Sequence record: SRR20825019_1354
Direction: 5' to 3' (one strand)
DNA length: 61,832 bases
The notes under the pieces were generated by a model, which was given only the letters and a program-made list of their open reading frames with translations, ran no database searches and was not told the DNA's origin. Positions 1 to 9,304 of this stretch are shown here, piece after piece. The position numbers and the translations under genes were made by a program. Within the stretch, counting starts at the first letter, position 1, and the number at the start of each line of letters is the position of its first letter.

Positions 1-25
1 TGGCGGCATCACCTACCGCTTTTAA
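1..25 (+). CDS. 3' end of an upstream gene, probably an outer-membrane beta-barrel / TonB-dependent receptor (partial)
   Basis: Frame from nt 2 reads GGITYRF-stop. A terminal Phe with Tyr at -3 is the typical beta-signal. It lies 12 nt upstream of the YcnI gene. Confidence 0.5.
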
Positions 26-37
26 GGGAGAGACAGG

Positions 38-571
38 ATGAAAAAGATGATTACCGCCCTTGTGCTCAGTGCCGCAGCGCTCGCGTCGCCCGTGAAAGCG
101 CATGTTGTGCTGAGCGAAACAGAGGCCAAACCGGGTGCCTATCATTTCACTTTCCTGCGGGTTGGCCACGGCTGCGACGGGCAGGCAACAGAAAGCCTGA
201 CGGTAGAAATTCCCGCCGGGGTTTATAGCGCAAAACCGCAACCAAAAACAGGTTGGAAGGTTGAGATTATACGGGAAGACCTGCCCGCCCCGGTGGTTGG
301 CCCGCACGGCAAAGCGCTGACCGACCGCGTCGCGCGCATTCGCTGGAGTGGTGGTGCGCTCCCTGACAATATGGTCGACCAGTTCGGCCTTTTGGTGAAG
401 CTGCCAACGAGTTCAGGCCCGCTTTATTTCCCGACCGTGCAATCCTGCGCGCTTGGTGAAAAAAGCTGGACCATGATCCCGCCCGAGGGAGCCGCATGGG
501 GCAGTGTGCCCACGCCCGCGCCGGTCGTATACCTGAAAAGCGATGAGGATACACAAGCGCCGCATCACTAG
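38..571 (+). CDS. YcnI (DUF1775) family periplasmic copper-binding protein
   Basis: Signal peptide ending VKA-HV gives an N-terminal His. RVGHGC, PKTGW and YFPTVQSC motifs match YcnI. Confidence 0.85.
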   Translation: MKKMITALVLSAAALASPVKAHVVLSETEAKPGAYHFTFLRVGHGCDGQATESLTVEIPAGVYSAKPQPKTGWKVEIIREDLPAPVVGPHGKALTDRVARIRWSGGALPDNMVDQFGLLVKLPTSSGPLYFPTVQSCALGEKSWTMIPPEGAAWGSVPTPAPVVYLKSDEDTQAPHH

Positions 572-583
572 GCGTTAGCGCTC

Positions 584-615
584 GCTGCCATGCTGGAGAT
601 GTCCGGCATGGCAGC
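584..615. repeat. 14-bp inverted repeat between convergent genes (hairpin, no U-tract)
   Basis: GCTGCCATGCTGGA-GATG-TCCGGCATGGCAGC, with one T:G pair. Confidence 0.7.
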
Positions 616-619
616 ATCT

Positions 620-1240
620 TCAATAAGCGGGCTCCAGCGTCCAGCCAAACTCGCGGGCCATATCAAACGAGCTGTAGCTGTCTTCCACATCGGGTTCGCT
701 TTCGAGCGCCCTGCCGAAGCGGCTTTCCACCGTGTAGTAGGAGCCTTCATGCGTGCGCTGGCTTGAGAACAGCGTGAAATGCTGCACGGTTTCAACCGGT
801 GTGTGCAACATCTCCCCGTGCAGCAACCAGTCCCCGACCCTCGCCTGGGCACCGCGCCTAAAGCGTGCCAGCGTGACATGCGGTTTATACTTCCGCCGCT
901 CCACCTCAACATCAACACGGTCCAGTGCGTTCAGCACTTTTTCATGCAGGTGCATCAGCGGTGCTTTGTCTTCAACACCGGCCCACAGGCATTTGGGCTG
1001 TTTGGGTTTACCAAAAAGACCCACGCTTTTGAGCGCGAGGTCAAACGGCGTGAAAGAGATACGCGAAAGTTCGCCTTCAATTTCACGGAAGGTCTTCTTC
1101 GGCACGTCGCCGATAAATGCAAGGGTTAGGTGAAGCTGGTCATCCCGTTGCCAGTGTGCGCCTTCAACGCCGCCGCGTACGTGAGAAAGCGCGTCCCTGA
1201 TATTTTCCGGAATTTCCAGGCCGACGAATAAACGCACCAT
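620..1240 (-). CDS. thpR: RNA 2',3'-cyclic phosphodiesterase (2H superfamily, LigT/ThpR)
   Basis: MVRLFVGL start and two HxT motifs (LHLTLAF, PHVTLAR). Confidence 0.92.
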   Translation of the reverse strand: MVRLFVGLEIPENIRDALSHVRGGVEGAHWQRDDQLHLTLAFIGDVPKKTFREIEGELSRISFTPFDLALKSVGLFGKPKQPKCLWAGVEDKAPLMHLHEKVLNALDRVDVEVERRKYKPHVTLARFRRGAQARVGDWLLHGEMLHTPVETVQHFTLFSSQRTHEGSYYTVESRFGRALESEPDVEDSYSSFDMAREFGWTLEPAY

Positions 1241-1405
1241 GGCCTGCCTCCTTCGATCAAGATATCGGGCTCAAAATGGCCCGACATACTAATGCTAGCG
1301 TAAAAATCGCCGGAGGGGAATCGTCAACCTTGCTGAAATTTTTGTGACAATGGGGAAAAACCGTTAAAATGTTCAGATAGGGGCCAAAATTTGGGGGTGG
1401 AAAAA

Positions 1406-2029
1406 ATGAATCATATCAACATATGGGTACGTGTTTTTGTCAGCGGAATGGGCGCTATCTATCTAGTGTCAATGTATCTGATCCCTGCATTACAAGCAGT
1501 AGTTGGACATGCGACCGTACTGGATGCATGGGAGTACTATCAAGGCGTTCTCCATGACTGGCAAACTCTCAATGGCAGCTTGATAGCGTTGGCAGGGGCC
1601 GGATTTGCTTTAGTTGCAACTAAAATGTCCCTGCATAATGACTTTATCAAAAACCAAGTTGATAGGGAGAGAAAAAAAGAAGAACAACTACTCAAAGCGA
1701 GCGCCATATTATTGGCGATGGTTGATCAATATGAGTTCCTACTCGACAAACGTTCAAACGCAGGTAATCGGGTACCCTTAGAACCGCTGTATATATGGCG
1801 AGAAAATACGGGACTGTTCATTGATGCGTTTGGTGTTCAGAATTACAGTTCAATTCGAGCCGGTGTGAAGGACATAGAAACAGCTCTAAATCCCGATGCG
1901 GGGAACAAGATTACATATGCGGCCGCCTTGGAAATAACCAAGCTCTTCCAAAACTATGCACAACAGACCTCATCTACACGACGAGCGGGAGTTTTTCATC
2001 TAAGTTGGCGAGATCCGAGTTTTTCATAG
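1406..2029 (+). CDS. Hypothetical membrane protein (orphan, AT-richer than flanks)
   Basis: About 207-aa ORF filling the thpR-tesA gap, with two N-terminal hydrophobic segments. Start chosen at ATG 1406 (TTG 1391 is possible). Confidence 0.6.
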   Translation: MNHINIWVRVFVSGMGAIYLVSMYLIPALQAVVGHATVLDAWEYYQGVLHDWQTLNGSLIALAGAGFALVATKMSLHNDFIKNQVDRERKKEEQLLKASAILLAMVDQYEFLLDKRSNAGNRVPLEPLYIWRENTGLFIDAFGVQNYSSIRAGVKDIETALNPDAGNKITYAAALEITKLFQNYAQQTSSTRRAGVFHLSWRDPSFS

Positions 2030-2716
2030 ACCGAGGGCTTCAAGAACCACCGGGCCAATCTTTTCCACAATGATTTTAACACCTTCTGCCGTTGGGTGCA
2101 TGCCGTCAGACTGGTTGAGGCTGGCGTCTGCCGCTACACCATCAAGGAAAAAGGGATAGAGCGGAAAACCGTATTTTTCTGCCGTATCGGGGAAAATCGG
2201 GTTGAAAACAGCCGCATAATCGGGCCCGAGGTTGGGCGGTGCCATCATGCCGGCGATCAGCACCGGGATATCCCGTTCCGCCAGCGTAGCCGCCATGGCG
2301 TCGATATTTTCAGCTGTGATATGCGGGTCAATACCACGCAGGCCGTCGTTGGCACCCAGTTCCAGAATAACGAGGTCGGGCTTGCCGTCTTTCACCGGCG
2401 CGAGGCCCCATTCAAGCCGGGCACGACCACCAGACGATGTATCACCCGACACCCCCGCATTGATCACTTCAATCGCCACCTCAGCGTTTTCATTGAGCCA
2501 AACCTCGAGCTGCTCGGTGAACCCTTCACCGGGTGCGAGGCCATAGCCCGCCGTCAAGCTGTCCCCGAATGCGAGAATTTGCACCACATCCCCCTCATCT
2601 GCCTTCGCGCCGGCCACAGAGACATGCAGGCCAAAACCAAATATTGTCAGTAAAGCTAAACAGCGCGCAAAAAATGCGCTAAAAACTTTATTTATGGGGC
2701 GACGATTGACCATCAT
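2024..2716 (-). CDS. tesA: SGNH/GDSL arylesterase / acyl-CoA thioesterase I
   Basis: FGDSLTAG, NAGVSGDT, ELGAND and DGMHP blocks; divergent from ybbAP. Confidence 0.92.
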   Translation of the reverse strand: MMVNRRPINKVFSAFFARCLALLTIFGFGLHVSVAGAKADEGDVVQILAFGDSLTAGYGLAPGEGFTEQLEVWLNENAEVAIEVINAGVSGDTSSGGRARLEWGLAPVKDGKPDLVILELGANDGLRGIDPHITAENIDAMAATLAERDIPVLIAGMMAPPNLGPDYAAVFNPIFPDTAEKYGFPLYPFFLDGVAADASLNQSDGMHPTAEGVKIIVEKIGPVVLEALGL

Positions 2717-2818
2717 AGGTCCAGCTCCTAGCTATAAACGTACAAAACACGGCAAACCGTGTGTATAAACAACAAAATACCGGATAAAAATATCTGGCAG
2801 CGAAGGAAGACTATTTCA

Positions 2819-3562
2819 ATGGCTGATAACAAAGCAATCATCCAGCTTGAGAATGTTGCGCTCACGCTTGAAAGCGGCGCGGGCCCTGTAAACATCCTTA
2901 AATCTATCTCATTTGGCATTAAAGCAGGCGAAAGTGTCGGCATTGTGGGCCCATCGGGCAGCGGCAAGTCATCACTGATGAGCCTGATGACCGGGCTTGA
3001 GCAGGCCACCGGCGGCAGCGTGACCGTTGACGGCCTCAAGCTTGAAGGGGCGGACGAAGACACGCTTGCGCGCCACAGGCTCAGCCGCGTAGGCATTGTG
3101 ATGCAGGCGTTTCACCTGATCCCGACCATGACTGCGCTTGAAAATGTGGCGGTACCGCTCGAGCTTGCTGGCGTGAACGATGCGTTTGACCGCGCCGCGC
3201 GGGAGCTGGAGGCCGTTGGCCTCGCCCACCGTATGGAACACTACCCGGCCCAGCTTTCTGGTGGCGAGCAGCAACGCGTGGCGCTTGCCCGCGCATTAGC
3301 GCCTGAACCGGCGATCCTGTTTGGGGATGAACCCACCGGTAACCTGGACGGCAAAACCGGCCGTGCGATTATCGACCTGATTTTCGACCTTTCCGAGCAA
3401 CGCGGCTCAACCCTTGTGCTTGTGACCCACGACCCGGCGCTCGCGGACCGCTGCGACCGTGTGATCTCTATGTCTGACGGTAATATCGTGGACGATACCG
3501 GCGACACCAAATCTGTGCAGATCGAAGAGAGGCCCACAAGCAAAGTGAAGGGCGGCAAATGA
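2819..3562 (+). CDS. ybbA: ABC transporter ATP-binding protein (YbbA/LolD-like)
   Basis: Walker A GPSGSGKS, LSGGEQQRV, DEPTGNLD; synteny with tesA and ybbP. Confidence 0.9.
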   Translation: MADNKAIIQLENVALTLESGAGPVNILKSISFGIKAGESVGIVGPSGSGKSSLMSLMTGLEQATGGSVTVDGLKLEGADEDTLARHRLSRVGIVMQAFHLIPTMTALENVAVPLELAGVNDAFDRAARELEAVGLAHRMEHYPAQLSGGEQQRVALARALAPEPAILFGDEPTGNLDGKTGRAIIDLIFDLSEQRGSTLVLVTHDPALADRCDRVISMSDGNIVDDTGDTKSVQIEERPTSKVKGGK

Positions 3563-6093
3563 TCACGCGCAGCCCGGCCCTGCCAGTGGCCTTAAGGCTG
3601 GCGCTGAGGGAGCTGCGCGGCGGCCTCTCGGGTTTCAGAATTTTTATGGCATGTCTGATTTTGGGCGTGACGGCGATCGCAGCCATTGGCTCGCTTACCC
3701 GCGCCATCACCGAAGGTATGGAACGCGAAGGTCAATCCATCCTCGGCGGCGACATGGAGATCAATATCTTCCAGCGCCAGGCAGGGCCCGAGCTTCTGGA
3801 ATGGGTGGACGGCAAAGGCACATTATCCGTATCCGCGCGCCTGCGTACCATGGCGCGATTTGAGGATGGTGGCACCTCTACCCTTGTGGAACTGCGCGCT
3901 GTTGACGGGCTTTACCCGCTTTACGGCGAGTTCAAGACCACACCCCAGCTTGACAACAACGCGCTGTTTGAAGAACGCGCGGGCCGCTGGGGCGCAGCCA
4001 TTGACCCGATGCTGGCTGAACGGCTTGGCGTCAAACTGGGTGACACGCTCACCTTTGGCGGCGTGAAGGCTGATATCCGCGCCTTTATCGACCGGGAGCC
4101 AGACAAAGCCAACCTTGGTTTCCAGCTCGGGCCATCGGTGATGATCCGCCACAAGGCGCTTGACGCCACCGGGCTTGTGACCACCGGCAGCCTGATCAAT
4201 CACTACTATAAAATCCGCCTTAATGAAGGCCTGGATATCAAAACCATGCGCGAGAACCTCAAGGAAGCGTTCCCCGATGAGAACTGGCGGGTACGTGACC
4301 GGTCCACCAGCGCGCCCGGCCTCCGTCGCTTCATTGACCAGATGGGCATGTTCCTCACCCTCGTTGGGGTGTCTGCGCTGGTGGTTGGCGGTGTTGGTGT
4401 TGGCAACGCGGTGAAAGGTTATATGGACCGCAAGACCCGCACCATCGCAACGCTGAAAATTTTGGGGGCTGACGGTTCCATCATCTTCAAGACCTATTTC
4501 TTCCAGGTGCTGCTTATGGGGCTTGTGGCGATTGTGATCGGCATGGGTGTTGGCGCAATGCTGCCAAGCGTGCTGGCGCTGTTTTTGCCAGACACCCTGC
4601 CCGTAAAACCGGACGGCGGCGTTTACCCGCTCGCGCTCTTTCTCTCCGCCTTGTATGGCCTGATGATCACTGTGGCTTTCACCGTATGGCCACTTGGCAA
4701 AGCGCGGGACCTGCCTGCGGTGCGCCTCTTCCGTGCGCTTGTGGCACCTGAGAACCGCTGGCCGCGTATGATTTACCTCGCTACCATTTTTGGTGCAGGT
4801 ATGATTGTGGTGCTTCTGGCCGTTGGCATGTCTGACAACCGCATTTTGGCCGCTGGTTTCATGGTGGGTGCAGGCGTCACGCTCTTTATCCTGCGTGGCA
4901 TCAGCTGGCTTATTGAACGGGGAGCCGCCAAAGCGCCACGGTCGAAAAACGCGCTTCGGCGTATGGCAATCGCAAACCTGCACCGGCCGGGCGCTGCCAC
5001 CGGTGCCGTTGTGTTGTCCCTTGGGCTTGGCCTCACACTTTTTGCCTCCCTCGCGCTGATTGAGGGCAACCTTGAAGCCCGGTTAACGGAACAGGTGCCT
5101 GATGAAGCACCAGCCTTCTTCATGCTCGATATTCAGGCAGCACAGCTTGATGATTTTGAGACCACCGCGCGCGGCGTAAGCGGCGTTGAAGAACTGGTGA
5201 CAGTGCCTAACCTGCGTGGCCGCGTAACCAAACTGAACGGCGTCGATGCGGCGGATGTGGAAATTGACTCTGAAGTGCGCTGGGTTCTGCGCGGTGACCG
5301 GGGCCTCAGCTACATGCCAGACCTCAACAAAGGCAGCCGGGTGGTTGAGGGTGAGTGGTGGCCCACTGACTATAGCGGCGAACCTGAAGTAAGCCTCGGC
5401 AAGGAGGTGGCCGATGGCCTTGGCCTCAAGATCGGGGACAACATCAGCGTTTCCGTGCTGGGCCGGGAGATCACCGCAACGGTGCGCAGCTTGCGGGAGA
5501 TTGACTGGGGCACCTTTGGCTTCAACTTCGTTATTCTTTTTGACCCCTATACGCTCAAGGCAGCACCGCACACCTATATGGCAACGCTGAAAGCTGGCGG
5601 TGATGCGGAAGGGGAAGCCCACAAGGTGATCACCAACAAGTTCCCCGGTGTGACAGCTGTGCGCATGAAAGAAGTGCTTTCAAGCGTGAATGTGATGATG
5701 GAACAGATCGGCATTGCCGTGCGGGCGACCGCAGCGGTTGCGATCATCGCGGGCATTCTTGTGCTTGCGGGTGCGATTGCAGCGGGTTTCCGCCAGCGGG
5801 TTTACGAATCGGTGATCCTCAAGGTGGTGGGGGCTGTAAGGCGCCAGATACTGGGGGCTTACCTGCTGGAATACGCCCTTATCGGCCTGATCACGGCGAC
5901 GGTCGCGCTTGCGCTCGGCTCGCTGGCCGGGTGGCTAGTAGTGGAGTTTGTGATGGAAATGGAATTTACCTTCCTGCCATGGCCGATGGTCTTCACGGTT
6001 ACAGCCAGCCTGCTTATTACAGTGCTGTTTGGGCTTGGCTCCAGCTTCCGGGCATTGGCGGCAAAACCCAATCAGGTGCTGAGAACCGAATAG
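3559..6093 (+). CDS. ybbP: ABC transporter permease, FtsX/MacB-like (YbbP)
   Basis: 844 aa with duplicated FtsX-type topology; ALRELRGG start; ATGA overlap with ybbA. Confidence 0.9.
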   Translation: MITRSPALPVALRLALRELRGGLSGFRIFMACLILGVTAIAAIGSLTRAITEGMEREGQSILGGDMEINIFQRQAGPELLEWVDGKGTLSVSARLRTMARFEDGGTSTLVELRAVDGLYPLYGEFKTTPQLDNNALFEERAGRWGAAIDPMLAERLGVKLGDTLTFGGVKADIRAFIDREPDKANLGFQLGPSVMIRHKALDATGLVTTGSLINHYYKIRLNEGLDIKTMRENLKEAFPDENWRVRDRSTSAPGLRRFIDQMGMFLTLVGVSALVVGGVGVGNAVKGYMDRKTRTIATLKILGADGSIIFKTYFFQVLLMGLVAIVIGMGVGAMLPSVLALFLPDTLPVKPDGGVYPLALFLSALYGLMITVAFTVWPLGKARDLPAVRLFRALVAPENRWPRMIYLATIFGAGMIVVLLAVGMSDNRILAAGFMVGAGVTLFILRGISWLIERGAAKAPRSKNALRRMAIANLHRPGAATGAVVLSLGLGLTLFASLALIEGNLEARLTEQVPDEAPAFFMLDIQAAQLDDFETTARGVSGVEELVTVPNLRGRVTKLNGVDAADVEIDSEVRWVLRGDRGLSYMPDLNKGSRVVEGEWWPTDYSGEPEVSLGKEVADGLGLKIGDNISVSVLGREITATVRSLREIDWGTFGFNFVILFDPYTLKAAPHTYMATLKAGGDAEGEAHKVITNKFPGVTAVRMKEVLSSVNVMMEQIGIAVRATAAVAIIAGILVLAGAIAAGFRQRVYESVILKVVGAVRRQILGAYLLEYALIGLITATVALALGSLAGWLVVEFVMEMEFTFLPWPMVFTVTASLLITVLFGLGSSFRALAAKPNQVLRTE

Positions 6094-6131
6094 CCGCACA
6101 TAAAATCGGCGTTATACCCTACCGATTGCAG

Positions 6132-6159
6132 TTGAAAGCGCGGGGTATAATCGCCATAT
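6132..6159 (+). promoter_or_regulatory. Putative RpoH (sigma32) promoter of yccA
   Basis: TTGAAA-N14-CGCCATAT versus consensus CTTGAAA-N13-17-CCCCATNT. Confidence 0.6.
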
Positions 6160-6197
6160 TAGGCTCAAAGTAACAACCAAGCTCATGAGGAGCAAAA

Positions 6198-6911
6198 ATG
6201 GTACAACGTAATTATTCAACTTATGGCGCTTCGACCACGCAGACTGCGGAGTTTGACGAGGGCCTACGCGCTTACATGCTCAAGGTCTATAACTACATGG
6301 CCTCTGGCGTGCTGCTGACCGGCATCGTAGCGATGTTTGTTGGCAACAGCCCAGCCATGCTCAACGCAATTTACGGCACCGGCCTACACTGGATTGTAAT
6401 GCTGGCACCACTCGCGTTCATTATGGTGATGAGCTTTGGCATCAATAAGCTTTCATCCGGCGCGCTACAGATGATCTTCTGGGCGTTCGCAGCCACGATG
6501 GGCGTATCGATGGCATGGATATTCACGGCCTACACGGGCACCAGCATCGCGCGTACCTTCTTCATCACAGCGGCTACTTTTGGTGCGCTGAGCCTCTATG
6601 GCTACACCACGAAGAAGAGCCTGTCTGGCATGGGTACCTTCCTGTTCATGGGCCTCATTGGCTTGATCATCGCCAGTATCGTGAACATCTTCCTTGGCTC
6701 CACAATGTTGCAGTTCGTGATTTCTGTGGTTGGTGTTCTGGTGTTTGCGGGCCTCACCGCCTATGACACGCAGCGCATCAAGGAAAGCTATTACATGATG
6801 GCGACAGGTGAAGCCGTAGCCAAGGGTGCGATTATGGGTGCAGTTGCCCTGTATCTTGATTTCGTGAACCTGTTCATGATGTTACTGCAATTCCTTGGCA
6901 ATCGCGAATAA
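6198..6911 (+). CDS. yccA: Bax inhibitor-1/YccA family membrane protein
   Basis: DEGLRAYMLKVYNYM, YDTQRIK and ALYLDFVNLF motifs; about 7 TM segments. Confidence 0.93.
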   Translation: MVQRNYSTYGASTTQTAEFDEGLRAYMLKVYNYMASGVLLTGIVAMFVGNSPAMLNAIYGTGLHWIVMLAPLAFIMVMSFGINKLSSGALQMIFWAFAATMGVSMAWIFTAYTGTSIARTFFITAATFGALSLYGYTTKKSLSGMGTFLFMGLIGLIIASIVNIFLGSTMLQFVISVVGVLVFAGLTAYDTQRIKESYYMMATGEAVAKGAIMGAVALYLDFVNLFMMLLQFLGNRE

Positions 6912-6933
6912 ACGAAGCCATAATAAACAGTTG

Positions 6934-6966
6934 AAAAGCCCGGCCTGAGTGCCGGGCTTTTTGTTT
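6934..6966 (+). terminator. Rho-independent terminator
   Basis: AAAAGCCCGGC-CTGAGT-GCCGGGCTTTTT. Confidence 0.9.
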
Positions 6967-7071
6967 GCATCAACAGCCCAAGCCAACGACTATTGCAAAA
7001 GCTGCAGTTTTGCCTATTTTGTCTAACGTTGTCATTTTCGGCATACGTGTGCCAACGAGGAGAAAAGACAA

Positions 7072-8169
7072 ATGGCCAAAGAGCGCCTCCTGTCGCTTGA
7101 TGTATTTCGCGGGCTTGCCGTTATTGGCATGATCTTCGTGAACAGTGTTGCAGTGTTTCATTACGGCGCCGATGTGCCAGCTTACGGCATTTTCCTGCAC
7201 GCACCGTGGGCGGGCCTGACGATTGCCGACCTTGTTTTCCCTTTCTTTATTTTCATGGTGGGCGTGTCCCTGCCCTTCGCGCTTTCCGGCGTGAAAGACA
7301 CAGCCCCCACGCGCAGCCTTATTCTCAAGCTTATCAAGCGCGCTGGTCTCTTGTTCCTCATCGGTCTCGCGCTCACACTGTCCTTTGCGAACTGGTCTGA
7401 GCCCATACGCCTTCTGGGTGTTTTGCAGCGCATCGGCATTACCTTCCTTGGTGCGGCGATCTTCTTCATTGGCTATGGCTGGCGTGGGCAACTGGGTCTT
7501 ATCGTCATCATCCTTGTTGGCTATCACTTCCTGCAGATGATTCCGATCCCGGACGGTGAGGTCAACCTCTTGGAGCCCGGGCTCAACTATTCAAGCTGGT
7601 TTGATCGTTATTTCCTTGGCGACCATGTATACGCCAGAAATGAACCTGTGCCTTTTGAACCTGAAGGTCTTCTCGGTACCCTGCCAAGCATTGCGCAGGC
7701 GCTGATGGGCGCACTCACGGGCATGTATATTCGCAAGAAGGGTGCAGGCATGGGGCTGCTGCGCAACATGTGCCTCACTGGTCTTATACTGGTGTGCCTT
7801 GGTTTTGCGCTGGCGGACATTCACCCTATCGTCAAAGCCACATGGTCATCCACCTTTGTACTCACCACCTCAGGCCTCGCGCTTCTTGTCTTTGCCATTC
7901 TCATATGGATGCTGGATATCAAAGGCTGGCGTGGGCCGCTAGCAAGCTTTGGCCAGGCTTTTGGTATCAACGCCATCACGGCTTATGTGATCCACACCTA
8001 TCTGATGGGGCCGGTGCTTTTGAACGGCGTTACCGCCAGCCTGCAGCAAACACTTTCCACTTCATTGCCAGCGGAGCTGGCCATGCTGCTGCCCGTTATC
8101 ATCGTAGTGCTCCTGTGCTGGGTGCCCGTGGCGGTGATGCAAAAGCGCGGCCTCATATTGAAGGTGTAA
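7072..8169 (+). CDS. HGSNAT/NagX-like transmembrane acyltransferase
   Basis: RLLSLDVFRG, HAPWAGLTIADLVFPFF, GVLQRI, FEPEGLL and KATWSSTF motifs. Confidence 0.85.
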   Translation: MAKERLLSLDVFRGLAVIGMIFVNSVAVFHYGADVPAYGIFLHAPWAGLTIADLVFPFFIFMVGVSLPFALSGVKDTAPTRSLILKLIKRAGLLFLIGLALTLSFANWSEPIRLLGVLQRIGITFLGAAIFFIGYGWRGQLGLIVIILVGYHFLQMIPIPDGEVNLLEPGLNYSSWFDRYFLGDHVYARNEPVPFEPEGLLGTLPSIAQALMGALTGMYIRKKGAGMGLLRNMCLTGLILVCLGFALADIHPIVKATWSSTFVLTTSGLALLVFAILIWMLDIKGWRGPLASFGQAFGINAITAYVIHTYLMGPVLLNGVTASLQQTLSTSLPAELAMLLPVIIVVLLCWVPVAVMQKRGLILKV

Positions 8170-8293
8170 GCGCCGCGCGGTGTCATCACGAAAACGGATG
8201 ACTTAGGGTTTCATTTCCGTAACAATGTGGCCGAACGCTACAGCGCAAAACAAAACGACCCCAGCGCCCACGGGCAGGAGCGACCTTCAGGCT

Positions 8294-9304
8294 ATGTCTA
8301 TCACATCCGAATTTTTTCACCCCCGGACGATCCTGGCGAGGGTTCTGATTGTTGGTGCACTCGGGGCGCTTGTTTGGGCCGGATATAATGGCCACTTGGT
8401 GCCGGTGCGTGAATTCCTGAATGACGAACGGCTGACGCTGGAGTTCATGGAGTATAAAATCTCCCCCTACACAGTGCTCAAGGGGCTGTTGATCATCTTT
8501 GGTTTCTTCTGGGTGTCGTCGCTCGTTTCAGCTCAGATTGAAAAGCGTATTGCAGGCATTGCCCGTATGCGGGTCAGCAACCGGGAACTGCTCTCAAAAG
8601 CGGCGACGCTGATCATTTATTTCATCTTTTTTGTCGCCGCGCTCGATATGATCGGGATCGACCTCAAGGCGCTAACTGTGCTTGGAGGTGCGGTTGGTAT
8701 CGGCATCGGTTTTGGCTTGCAGAAAATCACCTCCAACTTCATCAGCGGTATCATTCTGCTGGCTGAAAAGTCTGTCGAGGTGGATGACCTGATTGAGCTT
8801 TCCGACGGCACACAGGGGTTTGTGCGCCACACCGGCGCGCGCTATAGCCTTGTTGAAACCTTCGACGGCAAAGAGGTCATGGTGCCCAATGAGGACTTCA
8901 TCACCGCGCGGGTGATCAACTGGACACTGACCAACAAACATGGCCGGGTAGAGATTGTGGTTGGAGTCTCTTATGGCGCGGACCTTGATCTGGTGCACAA
9001 ATTACTGCTTGAGGCTGCGCACGAACATGAACGCTGCGCCGAATTTCCCGAACCCGTGTGTTATCTGGATGGTTTTGGCGACAGCTCAATAAATTTCACG
9101 CTTCATTTCTGGGTCGCCGACGTTACCGAAGGCAGGCGTGGCCCGAAAAGCGATGTGCAGTTCACCATATGGCGGAAGTTTGCTGAAAACGATATTGAAA
9201 TACCGTTCCCGCAGCGCGATCTGCATATCAAATCAGCCCCGAAGGGTTTGCTGAGGGAGCCGCGTGATGATGCGTCCGATGCCAAGGCGGAAGATAAGCC
9301 ATGA
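8294..9304 (+). CDS. Small-conductance mechanosensitive channel (MscS family)
   Basis: GAVGIGIGFGLQKITSNFISG, VPNEDF and IEIPFPQRDL; start uncertain (8225 or 8294). Confidence 0.9.
   Translation: MSITSEFFHPRTILARVLIVGALGALVWAGYNGHLVPVREFLNDERLTLEFMEYKISPYTVLKGLLIIFGFFWVSSLVSAQIEKRIAGIARMRVSNRELLSKAATLIIYFIFFVAALDMIGIDLKALTVLGGAVGIGIGFGLQKITSNFISGIILLAEKSVEVDDLIELSDGTQGFVRHTGARYSLVETFDGKEVMVPNEDFITARVINWTLTNKHGRVEIVVGVSYGADLDLVHKLLLEAAHEHERCAEFPEPVCYLDGFGDSSINFTLHFWVADVTEGRRGPKSDVQFTIWRKFAENDIEIPFPQRDLHIKSAPKGLLREPRDDASDAKAEDKP

Noticed and set aside
3823-4983. 386-aa ORF antisense to ybbP
   Set aside because: His/Gln-rich mirror of a membrane protein gene; artefact of GC-rich coding sequence.
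2024-6093. tesA-ybbAP as a novel system
   Set aside because: Already described, widely conserved module.
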